From positions 9,114,001-9,178,000 of the forward strand of contig OZ059898.1 in the NCBI GenBank assembly GCA_964057225.1: a stretch of 64,000 nucleotides of DNA. The letters are read 5' to 3'. The notes beneath the pieces are model-generated. The model had not been told where the DNA came from. It saw nothing but the letters and a program-made list of their open reading frames with translations, and made no database searches. Shown here one piece after another: positions 16,076 through 30,600 of the stretch; the stretch's first letter is position 1, and each line of letters starts with the position of its first letter. Origin of the DNA: Auanema rhodensis. Lineage: Eukaryota > Animalia > Nematoda. The translations under genes and the position numbers were made by a program.

Positions 16076-17515
16076 TTAGTAATTGGTATACAGTTCGTCG
16101 CTAGCTACCATTACTCGAGAAACCTTAACATGCCAATATTATTAAAGATCTATAAAATATTTTTCACCTCATGTTTTCGCATTGAGCGAATCTTACGACG
16201 CTCATCTGTAGCCCAAACGGTTGCCGTCCAAGCTACTCTACATGCAAATAGGCAAATCGCGAGGAGTAAGAGTGCGAGAAGGAAAAGAGCAATAGTTAAT
16301 TGAAAAGCTACTGAAATAGTTTAAAATATTTTTTTTCTAAAAAATATCGACTCACAGTCATCCCAGCCAATGTTAGCTTTTGGTAGGTATGTTTGGGCCA
16401 TTTCCTTTGTGAAACTTCGGATATACCGAGCAGATTCACTTTTACGGTTCCACACAGAGTATCCGAAAGCAAGTGCAAAGAAGAGAGCCAAGAAAGCCTC
16501 CATTGACTGTAAACATTAAAATTAAAAATTTTTCAGATCCTCAAAAGTTTACTCGAAAAACTGTGAATAGTATACAGAAGAATGGTTGTCGATGCTCTAT
16601 TCCACAGCACATCAGAATGGATGCCAATAAACTGATACATTCGAAAGCTCCAAGGTAGAATACTGAAAGAAATACTTTTTCAGGAAACGTCCACGTTTTG
16701 GTATTCAAATCTCCAATACGAGCCACAAACTTTCTGCACTTTAAATATAATGGAAGAGTTATATTACATCCCTTATTGCTTTGGGATTGGGGGCATTCCC
16801 AGCCCTAGGATGAGTACGAGAAAGCAAGAGTAGGGGTCAAATTAAGCTGTATAAGTAGATTGGTTGCAATTTATTCGGAAAAGATGAGGAAAATTAAATA
16901 GTTAGTTGAATCACAACGATATGATATACATCTTGCTTCTCTAGAGACCAATTAGATACTATTAGAATGGAATATAGCAACAGACGGCATCTTTTCTTCT
17001 TGTTGACATTTAATTTAGTTTACATATCTTTGGTCATATACATTCGTATTAGTATTCAAAAATAATTATATACATAAATAATAATTTTGGAAGTGACGAT
17101 ATCGTTTCAAATTGAAAAAAAAACGAAGAAAATGAAACTTACAAAATTCATGTAGATATCCAGCCTGATGAACTAATACTATTAATGTTATAACTATCAA
17201 TGATCTTAATACTATCATTGCATTCAAACAGTGAATAGATAACTATAATATATGAAAATTAATTAAATAAATACTTTGACTGTTCATCTTACAGTTGAAC
17301 CACTTCGACATCTTGTTGGATTTTTTTCGGCTGTTGTATCCATTCGTCGTGGTCCATTTCCTGACCATGTCCCTGATCTGTGTTCGTAGCCTCCATAGTA
17401 ATCGTTAAACTAAAAAAAGATAAGTTTATTTCTATGTTTCCAAAAAACTCACTGCATTCTGTTCATTGTAGTTATGATATTCTGCTTGTAACATGGGAGC
17501 CGAGGGATGTGTCAT
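16076..17515 (-). CDS. Four-pass membrane protein (nematode tetraspan/LAPTM-like topology)
   Basis: Exons approximately 17515-17453, 17409-17293, 17242-17143, 16662-16553, then three more to TAA at 16076. Four hydrophobic segments (MIVLRSLIVITLIVLV; LFYLGAFECISLLASILMCCGI; AFLALFFALAFGYSVW; LTIALFLLALLLLAICLFAC). Confidence 0.75.
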
Positions 17516-18318
17516 GACTGGAAAAGAAAAACATGATTAAAAATATTAAATAGCAGAAGAAAACATGTAAAAAGCGAACACAGTTTTACATAGTTCATTT
17601 CAGTAAAATTAAAGAGAAAACCTAATCCATGAAACATGGATATATAGGTACGGAGTGTTGAACATCAATGATTCATTCATCTATCTGTCCTTCAGCAAAG
17701 GACATCATAATAGATGAAAAGAAGGGAAAGACATCGAAAACTTTGAAAAGTTAAAAAGATGATTTCCCTGCAAACGAATATAATCTCAAGACTACGAAAT
17801 TATATGCTAGGAAGGGGAAGATAAAATAACAAGAGGCAAATTGCAGAAGCATACTTGGGGTGGTTGAAAATAGAAGTAATTAATATGTAATTTGTACTGG
17901 AGAAAACTTGCCATATGTGGAGAAGCAAGAAACGGCAGGACATGAGGAACGATGTATGTTGAAGTAGATGGATAGAGAGAGTATGAGAGAGAGAGCAAAA
18001 GATGGAAAGAGGCAGTAAGGAGGAAAAAGAACAGATGGAACACGACAATTGATTGTCGCGTAGAATAGAAGTAGTAGAGAGAAGAAAGAAATGAAGAAAG
18101 AGCAGAAGGTACTGCTGGACAAGCCAAGGCTCAAATCTGTTTGAAGGTTCATTTTCTCGAAGAATTGTTTCTTGCAAATAGCAACCAGCCATAAGATCAG
18201 GGTAAACCGTTTAAGATATCACTATTTCAAGATCTTCTCATTTCCTAAACTCTCATCTTACAGCTCAAATAATTATATTTTATTTATATTTTAAAACTGA
18301 GAGAATGAACAAAATTAC

Positions 18319-18367
18319 ATGGAGATGAGAGTTTTAGAGAACAACTGAAGATTGAAATGGCATTGAC
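18319..18367 (-). other. Probable 5'UTR exon of the 4-TM gene, containing a 9-codon uORF
   Basis: TTTTTCAG acceptor, ATG..TAA (MPFQSSVVL*), donor GTAATT. Confidence 0.4.
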
Positions 18368-20231
18368 CTGAAAAAGTTTATGAACAAATTCAAAGAACAG
18401 GTCGTCAATATTTCAGTTTTCATGGGAAAATAAAGATATGAATATTTCTTTAAGAGGTTAATGATGAGATCAAGAAAGAATTGACTGAAAGTGTGATACT
18501 TCAAAGGTTTGTGAAACTTATCAGCTATTCTCATACACATCTACCGCATGTTCCCTTACCAACTTGACCTCACCCTTTCGGAAAAGGAAACATGAAGTAA
18601 ACGAAGTAACTTGGACGAATGCCAAATGTATAAAAGCAAATTTCATGGGCTTGTAAAACGTATAGTCATTCCTATTCAGTTTGTAATATTTTGATAAAAA
18701 CGAAATAATATAATAATAGAGATGGTATTGGGGCGTGAAACAATTGAAAAATTGAAGACGAGCTAAGAATAACATTATTTCCGCTTTGTTGCAATACTCC
18801 CATAGAAAAATCTAAACTTATTACGAAAATCTAGTTATGATTGTGGCTCGCGAGAAAGAAAAAGTTGATTCAGTTGAAAATGGTTGATGATGGTGACGAA
18901 GGATTGACTTGTACTATAGAAATAGTATTGTTTGATTATTATATTTAATATTTTTTCATATAAAACATAACATAATGGTTTAAATAATTCGTTTAAATTC
19001 AAATCAATAATAAAACAGTAATATTACAAAAATCTTATGTTCTATTACTCAATAATATATGTAAATTAATAAGAATAACATTATTTAGAAATAAAAAGAA
19101 TTTTTCATGTTTAATATATTTGAAAATAAAAATAGAATAAATATAATAATACTTAATAGAAGCTATCGGTCAGTTCTTTCAAATGCTGGAGAGGGAAATA
19201 GCCGGCTTGGGTTGTCTTTCCTACCCTAGCGGTCACCAATACTGGCCTTTGGTGCTATTAATCGATAATACAGTGCATAAACAGAGGAATGAGATGCATA
19301 TGAAGTAGGAATTATTTAGAAAATGAAGAAAAGAACAGTTCAATGAGAAATATAAACTTAGTTTACTGGATGTTGTAATATATGGTTAGTGTTATCATAT
19401 GTAAGTCATTATAACTAATATTAGTTAAGAATATTGCCGAATAAGGATGTGTCAGAACCTAAGGTTATAGTTCACATATCAACAAACGTCTTAGGGTCAT
19501 ATAGAAAATGTTTGTTCTAGAAATACTATGCTAATAGGAAGAAACTATAGAAAACTCTCATAATCATGTATCAAATTGATATAAATAAGATATGTGACAG
19601 GCAGATCGAAAGATATTCTTTGATATGTGAAGAAGAGAAATTGCTTTCAATTTGCTAATGAAGCTAATGATTGAAGAAACAACAAAAAAAGTAAATATAA
19701 TAGAAATAATTAATAAAAATATTAGATAAGTATAATGAAGATTATAAATAAAAAGAGTTTAATGATGATAATGATTATGGAAGAGTGATGCTGAATGGAT
19801 TAGACAAGATATAATAAAGATATAAAATATATATCTGCATGTATGATTAAAGAGAATAGAATAGGAATGTGATAGCGGAAAAGAAAAAGAAATACAAAGA
19901 AAAAGAAAGAGAGAAGTAACAAAATGGTATGAAGAGTGAGGGATAGTGAGAGATCAATCTATCTACATTGAGATAAGAATCTTAATATATAAGATATGAA
20001 AACGAATACAAATTGTAATTATATTATGGTGAACAAGATTATGGAGAAGAAGATGACACAGTTGAGCTAAGACATTGACATCCATTTAAGAACGCCGGAA
20101 TATAGTCAGTTCTTAATGAGAAACATAAGTTTTAGGTTGAGAAGTTTCAATTAAAATAATCTGACGACTTTGTGTAAATGAAAGAAATAAGAAAACTATT
20201 ACAGAAAATATATATTCGGTTAATTATACGT

Positions 20232-20234
<3 letters not shown>

Positions 20235-20276
<42 letters not shown>
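20235..20276. repeat. (TA)n microsatellite
   Basis: Direct reading. Confidence 0.95.
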
Positions 20277-20278
<2 letters not shown>

Positions 20279-23200
20279 AAATATTCTGAATGAAACTATT
20301 ATTCTGCAATGTCAAATAAATCGATGAATGCGAAAGGTACAAGCTTTAACCTGAGGGCATATTAAGTGAAATGTAAACAAAGGACAGTAGACGGACGAAA
20401 TATAGAAAAGTAAAGTCCGATATAGCGGCTTTATATTAGTAATATCAAATGATTTTATGCGAATAGTAAACTAGATCTATGAGAGATACTCATGTATAAA
20501 AGACATAATGGATTTCGCTAAGTGGAGAAAGTGGCCAAAAGGAAGAGCAAAGAGAGATACACAGATAGTGCTCGTAAGAGACAAGCTTAAAGAGGGATGA
20601 TATTGAAGAATAGCAGAGCAGAGGTTGGACATGTGGTCATACCAGAAGGGGTAAAGAAAGATGTAGAGAATAATGATGAGAGTGAGAGAAATATAGACAG
20701 ATAGAGAAAGAGAGAGAGAAAGAAAGAGAAGGACAAGAGAGAGGTCAGAGGGCTAGAATCTAGTAACAATAGGCCATGTAACATATACTAAGATTATAAT
20801 GTAGAACCAATTGAGTGCAAAATTTGTTACATTGAGATATCATTTTAATTTTATTTTAAACTATATGACATAATCGATGTGTATATACATATGTATATAC
20901 TAATTTATTAATAATATAATAATAGCATAACTAAAGGTTCATTAACGAAAATGTTGTTAACAACTGAAACATTTTTTATAAAAAAAAGGACTAAGGAAAG
21001 GAAAATTGGAAAAGACAAAAGGATATTTGAGGAATTTTGAAAGACGATGATGACATTTTCGATGAAGAAACGAAGAAAGATAGATGAGTAAGACAGCACA
21101 GCAGGCTCTTCAGTTGGTCATTCAGTCTTAATCCTCTACGGATTTTCACTGTTCGACTCGCCTAATTAGGAAAAAAGTCATTGGAAGAAGAGAACAGACT
21201 TAAGATGAACGGTGAAACAAAGAAAGAATTAACGAAAGAAATTTTTTTAAAAGAAATTAAATATAATAATTTATATATAAATAAATAAAAAAATAAATAA
21301 ATAGATTCATAAAAGAAATAATTGATTTTAAATAAAAGTAACACTATTATTTCTTATACGAAGAAGAAAAAATTACTTAAGAATACTTTCATATTAGCTC
21401 GAAAATCCATTAAAGTTTGAGAGTGAATAGAATCTGGGAAAAATCTAATTTTAGGCTTAAGATGTGAAGTAAATACACAATACAAGTTTATAAATAGCAA
21501 GTGAAATAAGAATGAGAGATTTAACTGTATGAAAATGAAATTATAAAAATAATGAAAAATTGGAAGTTTGAATAGAAATTGATTTATGAAGAGTGAAAAG
21601 TCTAATTTTTAAGTCTTTTAAGCTTAAAGGCCATTTGCTATACATGTAAGTAGTCTATTAGGCAACACATTACATTACATTTTTCCAATTATACTAGAAG
21701 GGGAAGGGAAATAATAGAAAACAAAAAAAATTGCTTAAAGGAAAAATAAAAACTATTATGAAGATAATAGTTAAAACATAAAGAATTAATTATATTTTTT
21801 ATAATCTTACATGAATATATGTATATATACATATTATATAGGTATTATATAATAAAATATTATTAATTATATTGATTAAATATATTGTTTATTTAGAAAA
21901 GCATGACATACTAGTCAGAGAATTATGAATATAATATAGATAGCATATGTAATATTATGAATGTTCTATAAGTTATATTGGGGGTCACTTAAGAGTCTTT
22001 ATATCTTATGTTTATTTAACATAAGACATTAATTTGGCATGTCTAATAACTATATAACGAATAAATTATATTAAACTTGTTATATACAAAAAAAATTGTA
22101 TAGCTAATTATAAGATAGATACTTGTATTTTAAATCCAATAGCTCTTCAAAATAAAAACTCGCTTTATGTGCGTATATGTGACTCATGACGCTGAAGGCA
22201 ATGAAGCCTGTCAGGAGAACACGGACAGGATTGAGTTGAAAAGTAAAAACATGATAAATGAAGCTGGTGAGAAAGGGACAACTGTTCAATTAGTAAAAAA
22301 AAGAATAGAATTTACAATTTTCTAAATGAAAAAATGAGACCCAATTTGATTTTGATCTGAGCTTTGGTTTGAGTTTATCAAGAAAAATGTATAAATAGGA
22401 ATTTAACTAAATTAAAAAAATGTTAAAAACAATTTTTATGAAAAATGTTGATCAAATAAACATAATATCTCCAAAATAAACTTTGAACTATTGTTTTAAA
22501 TATTTAAAATGAATCAAATAAAAACAATAAGAACAACAGGTGCTCAAATGAGTTAATCATTGTCGACATTGTCGGCGATTGTCAAATGTCGTAACCTTTT
22601 TATCGTTTTTTTTCTCGTACGAGAAATGAATAATATTAGTAGAAAGATAATAGAATATTGAGAGAATAAAGATTTTTCACTTCTTTAGTTGAATCATTTT
22701 CGGACAAAAAAAACTTATTCTCTCACAAAAGTTTTCGTGGTTGTAATGAACATCAAAAACAGATGCTATTTAATATTGTGAAAGAAAGATTTTTTTCTCG
22801 CCAAGAAAAATAATATATCTCTTTTTTTAAATTTAGGAAGTGTTTAGAAGGGGTTAGGCTTGAAAGAACAAAAAAATATTTTGTTTGATATTTCAAAAAA
22901 ACCCAGACAATTTTGTTGGTTTCCTGGTTCAGACTACGATCATAAGCGTAATATCAAAATTTGAAAATAATTACTTAATATTGATATTGAAAGTTCAAAT
23001 TGTTGTCAAAATTAATTTAATAATACTTAAATTATACATGAATTTATATATAAATACATAATAATACAGTGTTTGATGTACAAGATAAGCTTAAATAAGT
23101 TTAAATCATACGATTATAGTTAATTATTTAATAATTAAGGTTATTAAAATACTAAACTATTCCTTAAAAGTAAAAAAAAAAGATTTTTCACACAATATTT

Positions 23201-24635
23201 TCCAATATTCGTTCTCAACAGTTATAATAATACATTGTAAAAATTGCCTTTTTTGATGTATTGAACATAATATTTGAAAAAAAAACATGGAATCAAATAA
23301 ATATTTTATTAAAGAAAACATAAATATTAAAAGAACATTAAATAATATTATATATATGTATATATATATAATTATAATAAAAATATATATAAATGTTAAT
23401 CGTTAATACTGTCAACTAAAAATTAACAATAAGATGGTTCTGTGCATCTGTGTAGAATGGCTCAGACTCAGAATGTACGAAAACAATGCCGGAAAAAACA
23501 ATCAGCTGATGCATAACGAAAAATGTTCATTTTAAATTCAAAAACTCTTTCTTTCGAAACGAAAAAGTTCTAAAAATTGTTGTCATAACTTTAAAGAAGA
23601 AGCTTTTATTGAATAAAATATGAAATAGTTAAAAAAGGTGTAAATAGATGTAATTAACTTAAGAAAACAAATAATATTCTTATAATATTATTAAATAATT
23701 TAATTATTAATAATATTTATTTTACTTATTTTAATATATTATTATGATTGATGAATATTATTTGAAACTCAAAGAAATTGATAAGATAACTAAAATGGAA
23801 GAGATTATCGAGCTACATCGAATACTATTTATCAGCTCGTCATTAAGTATTTTAATCATTACACCTTTTCATTCATTTTTCAATATAAATTTTAATATTG
23901 ATAATAAAAAAAATAATAATTTATATTTTATTTTATAATGTTTGTTTTTAAATAATTATATTCTTTTCTCATATCAATCTTATATTCATTCATGTTTCTC
24001 AGCTTAAAATATTATTTTAATATATATTTTCAAACAAGATATTCCAAAAGAAAATTTTAATTTATTCAAAATATTTAAAAAATAAATGTAAAAAATATTT
24101 CTATTTTGAATTTAGTAAATGCTTATAATTCAAAGTTATAAGTCGTCTTATCATGAATAATTTTCTTTTGAAAAAATCGGATTAGGGTTAGGGCGTTGGC
24201 GATTAATTATGTAGAATTGAAATTAATTCACCTATTGAACTTGTTTATATTATTAAAACTTTATTTCTTCCTTTTAAAAAGTAGTTTTAAAATTAAAGTA
24301 ATCTTTTGAAAAGTTATTTCTTTTTTTTGATTACAAATCGTAATGTTTAAGATAATTTGTGCTGAGTTTGAGTTCATTATTCATCAGAATTATGAAATAC
24401 GTATTAAAAGATTTAAAGTTTTAATATTAATCATTATCTTAAATATATATGTATGTATGTATGTATATAGACAGATTGATAGATAGACAGATAGATATCG
24501 ACATTAAATTCTTTAAATAATGTCAAAATGAAATCATAATCATGACTAACTATAAGATTAATTATTAATCATTCTGATTTAACTATTTAATATTTTCTAT
24601 CATGATAATACACATTTTCTATTCAAGGTTTAACC

Positions 24636-27600
24636 ATGAATGAAGATACACAATGGGATAGGCCTACAACCTTTTCTTTAAATGAAAAAAAGAAAAAAAC
24701 GTTTGTTTTTCAAATTTAAATTCTTATTTCTATTAAATTTAATTTTTTCAGATTTTTATTGATAACTGCAATAGTTTTTATACTAGGTGTTGGATTAATA
24801 ATTGCAGGTTCAATTATGCTTGGTATTGGAGTTTCCAAGAATAACAAAGGCAATAAAGGTAACGTTTTGTAATAAATTTAAAAATTTAAAATAAATGTTT
24901 AGTATGTGATCAGACAATACCAAATCCATTATATATAACAGTTCAATCAGATATTTTATATTCTCAAATTGAAAATAATTATGAATCTTCTGTTAATAAG
25001 ATTAAGGATCAGGTGTTTTCAAATAATAATTTCATTTATACTTATATTACTTATAGATTCAATCAGCTTTGGGAAAATCAAATGGTATATCACCTATTGT
25101 TACAATGTAATTTTTTATATTTAAAAAAAAAAAAAAGAAAAAATTATAGTCTTGGATTATCTTTGGATAGTGATGGCCAACATACAATTGCTATTGCTGG
25201 CATCATATTTGCATATAATAATAGACAAAGTACTAATGATGTTCAAAAGAAAATTCAATCATCTTCAAATCTTAAACTTTATCAAATCGAAGGTTTTCAT
25301 ATTATCAAATTTTATATTAAAACTATTATATTCATATAGATGATAAAGGATCAACTACTATGAATAATCAGTTATGTACACTTGTTAATGCATATAACGG
25401 TACACAAATTACCACAACCCCTCAATATTCTACATCCACTACTCCAAGTAATAGTTTTAAATTAAAATTTAAATATTAAAATTATTTTTTAGGCCCAACA
25501 TTATTACCTTCTTCTACATATAAAGATATTTTCATACTTATTGATGATTCAAATATGGTACAAAATGAAAATAATCACAACTCAATAATCAATTGGATTG
25601 TACAAGATCTCATTTCAAACTGGAAAATTGGTAATCAAAGCTTTGAAGTAGCTCCAGTCTTTTACTCAAAGGTTCAAAAATTGTTTTATTATTTAAAAAA
25701 ATGTTTTCTTTTTATTTTAGTATGAATATAATAGTTTATTTGATTTTGATGCCAATGATATGACAGAATTAGCATCAGCTCTTACTCAAAGTACGTATAG
25801 TGGCCGTTATGATGCTAGTTTAACAAGGTTTGATGAAGACAATAATTATAAAATTAATAAGTTTATATCTTCAGAGCATTGAAGATGACATCACGATACC
25901 CTAATAGGATTGGTGTAGGTCGTACAGTAATTCTTATTTCAGCTTCCAGGTTTGATAAACTTAACATATTCAGTTTGTTATTCATAATATTATAGTAATT
26001 CTTCTGATATAAAAGATGCTTTGAAATATTCTGATATGCTTAAACAAGCTGATGTTGAAATCATTACCGTAGGCGTTAATAACGTTGATGCAAAATCATT
26101 AGGACAAGTATAGTACAATGCTTTTTATATTTTTAAATTCGATTTTCAGCTAAGTAGTGGGGCTAGTTATTCATTCAAATCTGACACATTCCAAATTTCC
26201 CACGATATTGCCCTGCAGATTAATGCCATGATTGTAGAAGGAGCTCCAACATCAACAACTATATCAACTACCGAAGCATCTACAAATGCATCTACAGCAG
26301 CATCTACAGCAGCATCTACAGACGCATCTACTGCAGCATCTACAGAAGCATCTACAGTAGCATCTACAGCAGCATCTACAGACGCATCTACTGCAGCATC
26401 TACAGAAGCATCTACAGACGCATCTACTGCTGCATCTACAGAAGCATCTACAGACGCATCTACAGAAGCATCTACAGACGCATCTACAGCATCATCTACA
26501 GTAGCACCTATTACTGTAACAGTTCCTAAAACTACTGGTATATAAATTAATATACAGTTATAGTTTAGTATTATATATTTATTTAAGTTTCACCAGTAGT
26601 TCAACAATCATGTCCAAGAGATATAATAATTTTACTGGATGATTCAAATGCATTTATAGACAGACTTAATTTCTTTAACGTAATACAACATTTCAAATTT
26701 TAAAATTGTTTCTACTTTACTTGCAGATGAAAGAATGGCTCATTAACGAACTAATAGCAAGATTAAACTTTGGAGAAGAATCACTTAGATGTAGAATTTT
26801 CGCTTACTCAAATGAGGTATAAAGTAGAAAACTATAATATTTTAAACTAAAAATATGTTTTAGTCTGTGACTGATATTGCTTCAGACTTTGATGTAGAAT
26901 CAACAAAGGAAATACAAATCCTTTTATATGATAAATATGATTTTTTAATCGATAATACACCAAATATAGAAAGGTAGTACTGGATTTTATAAATATGATT
27001 AATCTTTGATTATCTTCAGAATATTACGTAAAGTTGAAACAATTTTATCTCCTAGAGGTCAGCCAACAATCGTATTATTATCAGCTTCTGAGTAAGAAAT
27101 TATTCACAAATTTATCAAAAAATATAATTTCACCACTTACAGTAAGACAGATGATGTTAACGCTGCTATGAAATATTCGAACTCTATGAAATCAAAGGGA
27201 AGCACTTTTATTACTTTGGGTGTTGGAACTCAAATTACAAACAATTTAGAAAAGGTAATTTTCCTGATAATACTTTAACAGGAATGAATATTAAGCTTTC
27301 ATCTGGTGCTGGTTTCACATTCAACACTGATTCCTATATTTTCTCATCTGATATAACTGATCAAATAGCTCATTCCATATGTTCTACTGCAACGACACTC
27401 TCGTAAATTTATTTTTGAATAATATTAATTATAAAATAATTTAGAACAACTCCATTGACAACAGAAGTACCATCTACAACAACTTCGAATCCAGGTGTTT
27501 CATTCCCTTGTAATCCAGATGTTGGACTGTTGATTGATAGCTCAAGTCAATCACAGAGTGCTTCTGATTATCGAAATGTAAAAATAAATAAAAAAACAAA

Positions 27601-30600
27601 CAATAATATTATATAATTTCAAAATTATAGTTGAATGATTTCATTTCTGGTTCATTAGTAATTAATTGGGATGTTAATAGACACGCTACAGAAGCTGTTG
27701 TAATTTCTGCCAATGACCAGGCCGCTGAAATTGGTTAGGCTTCTTAATGCAAAATTTGATTTTGAAAAATTGTTTTTCAGCACCAAAAAAATACCTTTAC
27801 CAAAGCGGCGAAGAGCTATCTGAAGCAGTATCCTCTTTGCATTCTTCTAATTACGGTGGAAATACAAGAATAACAACGTATTCTAATAACAAAATTTTAA
27901 TTTTAATTAGAAATAATATAATTTATTTATAGTTTGTTATCGTTATTGGGAAATACAGAACATGAACGTAGGCAATCTCAACCATTAACAGCAATTATCT
28001 TTACTCATTACACGTATGTTTTTTAATTAATTTTAATATTTAAAATTAATTTATTCAGAAATCCTGATGATATAACTTCTGCTTTGGAAACTATTAAAGA
28101 TAAGGATATCAACATCATTGCAGTTGGAATTGGAAATGAAGCATCTGCATCAGAACTTCAGCGCTTAACTGGAAATGTTATAACTGTGCCAACGCTATCC
28201 GTGGCAGTCAAGCCTATGGTTTGAAAACTGATTTCATTACCTTTAACATGATAATTCTTCTAGATTGAAAGTCTTGTTTGTACCAAATCTCCAGCATTAA
28301 CAACAACAGCACAAACAACTACAATCCTAACAACTACAATCCAAACAACAACACAAACAGTAGCAACAACAACTGAAAGTAAATATGCAACATGTATCTC
28401 TGTATTTTATTGAAACATTTAGAACCAACAACTACAACTCAAGCTACCACCTCAACTATTCCTCCAACAACACCAAGTATATTCCCATTCAAAACTTGAT
28501 TCATAATTTCTTTGCAGTTCCACAGTGTCTGGATTGTTATCCCGATATATCCAATATTCAGATTCTTTTAGACACTTCAATTTCCCAAAACAAGCAAATA
28601 GTATGAATTAATATTACTTTCAAGCTATAAAACAATTGTTTTAGTTTGACCAACAGAAACAAGCTGCTATGAGCTTAGTATCCAATTGGAATTACATGAA
28701 TCGTATTGCATTAGCAGCTTATGCTCAACAGTTCGATCCCTTGATTCCATATGATACCTTGAGGAACGATGAAGTTGATACATTAAAACAGTTGATTCTT
28801 ACCCTAACACAAAGCAATACTAAAGCAAATTTAACAAAGTAACTCGACTAATTTTTATTTTTTTATATAATTTTTATTATTTAGTTGTCTTTCTAAGGCT
28901 AATAATATAGATAATTCGAATAAGTATGGAAAACAACACACTATTCTCTTTACTATGTCAAGGTAATTGTCTTAAAAAAATATAAAATTATTTTTTCTTT
29001 ATAGTGATCCTGACGATATAACTAAAGCTCTACAGGCTGCTCAATCATTGAGACAAAAAGGAAGTGTAACTGTCGTCGGAGTTAATATTCCTAATGTTTC
29101 TGACTTGACCAAGCTATCTTTGCCCAATGATGCAATAGCTTGGACAAAACTAGATGATATTGACGATGTAGTTAGGAGAATCATGATTACTTTACGTAAG
29201 TTAAAATGAATTGTTTCAAAACATTTGAAACTCTTCAGCACATACTCACAATCCTGTAACTCACACTGAGAGTATTCCTTCTACACCTACAACTATGCAA
29301 ATGACTACAACCGTAATTACTACAGGTTACGGTTCAAAATTTATTTTAAGACATCAATTTTCTTCTTTTAGTTAAGCCAATTGATTATTCTCCAGATAAA
29401 TCAAATATTCTATTAGTATTAGATGCATCAGCTGAGCAAGATGACGACACGGTATATTCAAAACATCTTTATTTAATTTAAAAAATTTTTTTAAGTTTGA
29501 CAATCAAAAGAAAGCAGCAATCGAGCTTATTTCAAGTTGGACTCATTTTGAACGATTTTCATTTGGAACATTCTCCAACACATTTATCCAAACGATTTTG
29601 TATAACGAATATCATACATTGGAGGATGTTAAAGCTGATATTGAGATATGTACGATATCTGAATCTAATAGCAATATCACTAAGTAAAGAAATAATTAAA
29701 ATATATATTATAGCCAAAATAATTGTTTTTTAGAGCTTTAACAGATATAAATCAGATGGTAACACCAATTGAAGAATATGGAAAACAACATACTATTCTA
29801 TTTGTATCTACAATGTATTATTTTAGTTTTAATTCAAATTTATTTATTTGTTATTATAGAAAACAAGCTGACTTCCTACAAAAAACTTATGATATGGGAA
29901 ATGAGCTAAATAACAAGGGAAGTTTGATTACGATTGGAGTCCAAGCTGAAGACGTAACAGCTTTACAAGGATTAAGTTCTATTCCTCCTATAATGTGGGC
30001 TGATTCTACTAAAAGTGATACTTTAATAAATGATATTATGGCTGATCTTTGTAAGTTTAAATTATTATATTTTTATTATTTTTACTATTATTTAGCTAGT
30101 ACACCTGTTTCTACCTCCAGCATAGCTCCAACACAATGTAAGTTTTTCATTTTATAATTCTATTTTTACTGTTTTTCCTGATATTTAGCTACTACTCCTG
30201 TTCCAACCTCCAGTTTAGCTCCAACAGAATGTAAGTTTTTCATTTTATAATTCTATTTTTACTGTTTTTCCTGATATTTAGCTACTACTCCTGTTCCAAC
30301 CTCCAGTTTAGCTCCAACAGAATGTAAGTTTTTCATTTTATAATTCTATTTTTACTGTTTTTCCTGATATTTAGCTACTACTCCTGTTCCAACCTCCAGT
30401 TTAGCTCCAACAGAATGTAAGTTTTTCATTTTATAATTCTATTTTTACTGTTTTTCCTGATATTTAGCTACTACTCCTGTTCCAACCTCCAGTTTAGCTC
30501 CAACAGAATGTAAGTTTTTCATTTTATAATTCTATTTTTACTGTTTTTCCTGATATTTAGCTACTACTCCTGTTCCAACCTCCAGTTTAGCTCCAACAGA

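Noticed and set aside
16663-16737. ORF segment ARIGDLNTKTWTFPEK as a coding exon
   Set aside because: Phase analysis favours splicing 17143 directly to the TTTCAG acceptor at 16662, making this intronic.
17800-18192. Three overlapping minus-strand ORFs
   Set aside because: Low-complexity TC-rich sequence lacking stops; no splice or homology support.
18400-18490. bantam/mir-80-like seed TGAGATCA with upstream partial complement
   Set aside because: Loop ~40 nt and weak stem; not a credible pre-miRNA.
22830-22960. Very faint Tc1-like motifs (also ~40800-40870)
   Set aside because: Too degraded to support without alignment.
24181-24195. TTAGGG x2, and isolated TTAGGC words elsewhere
   Set aside because: Too short to indicate telomeric sequence.
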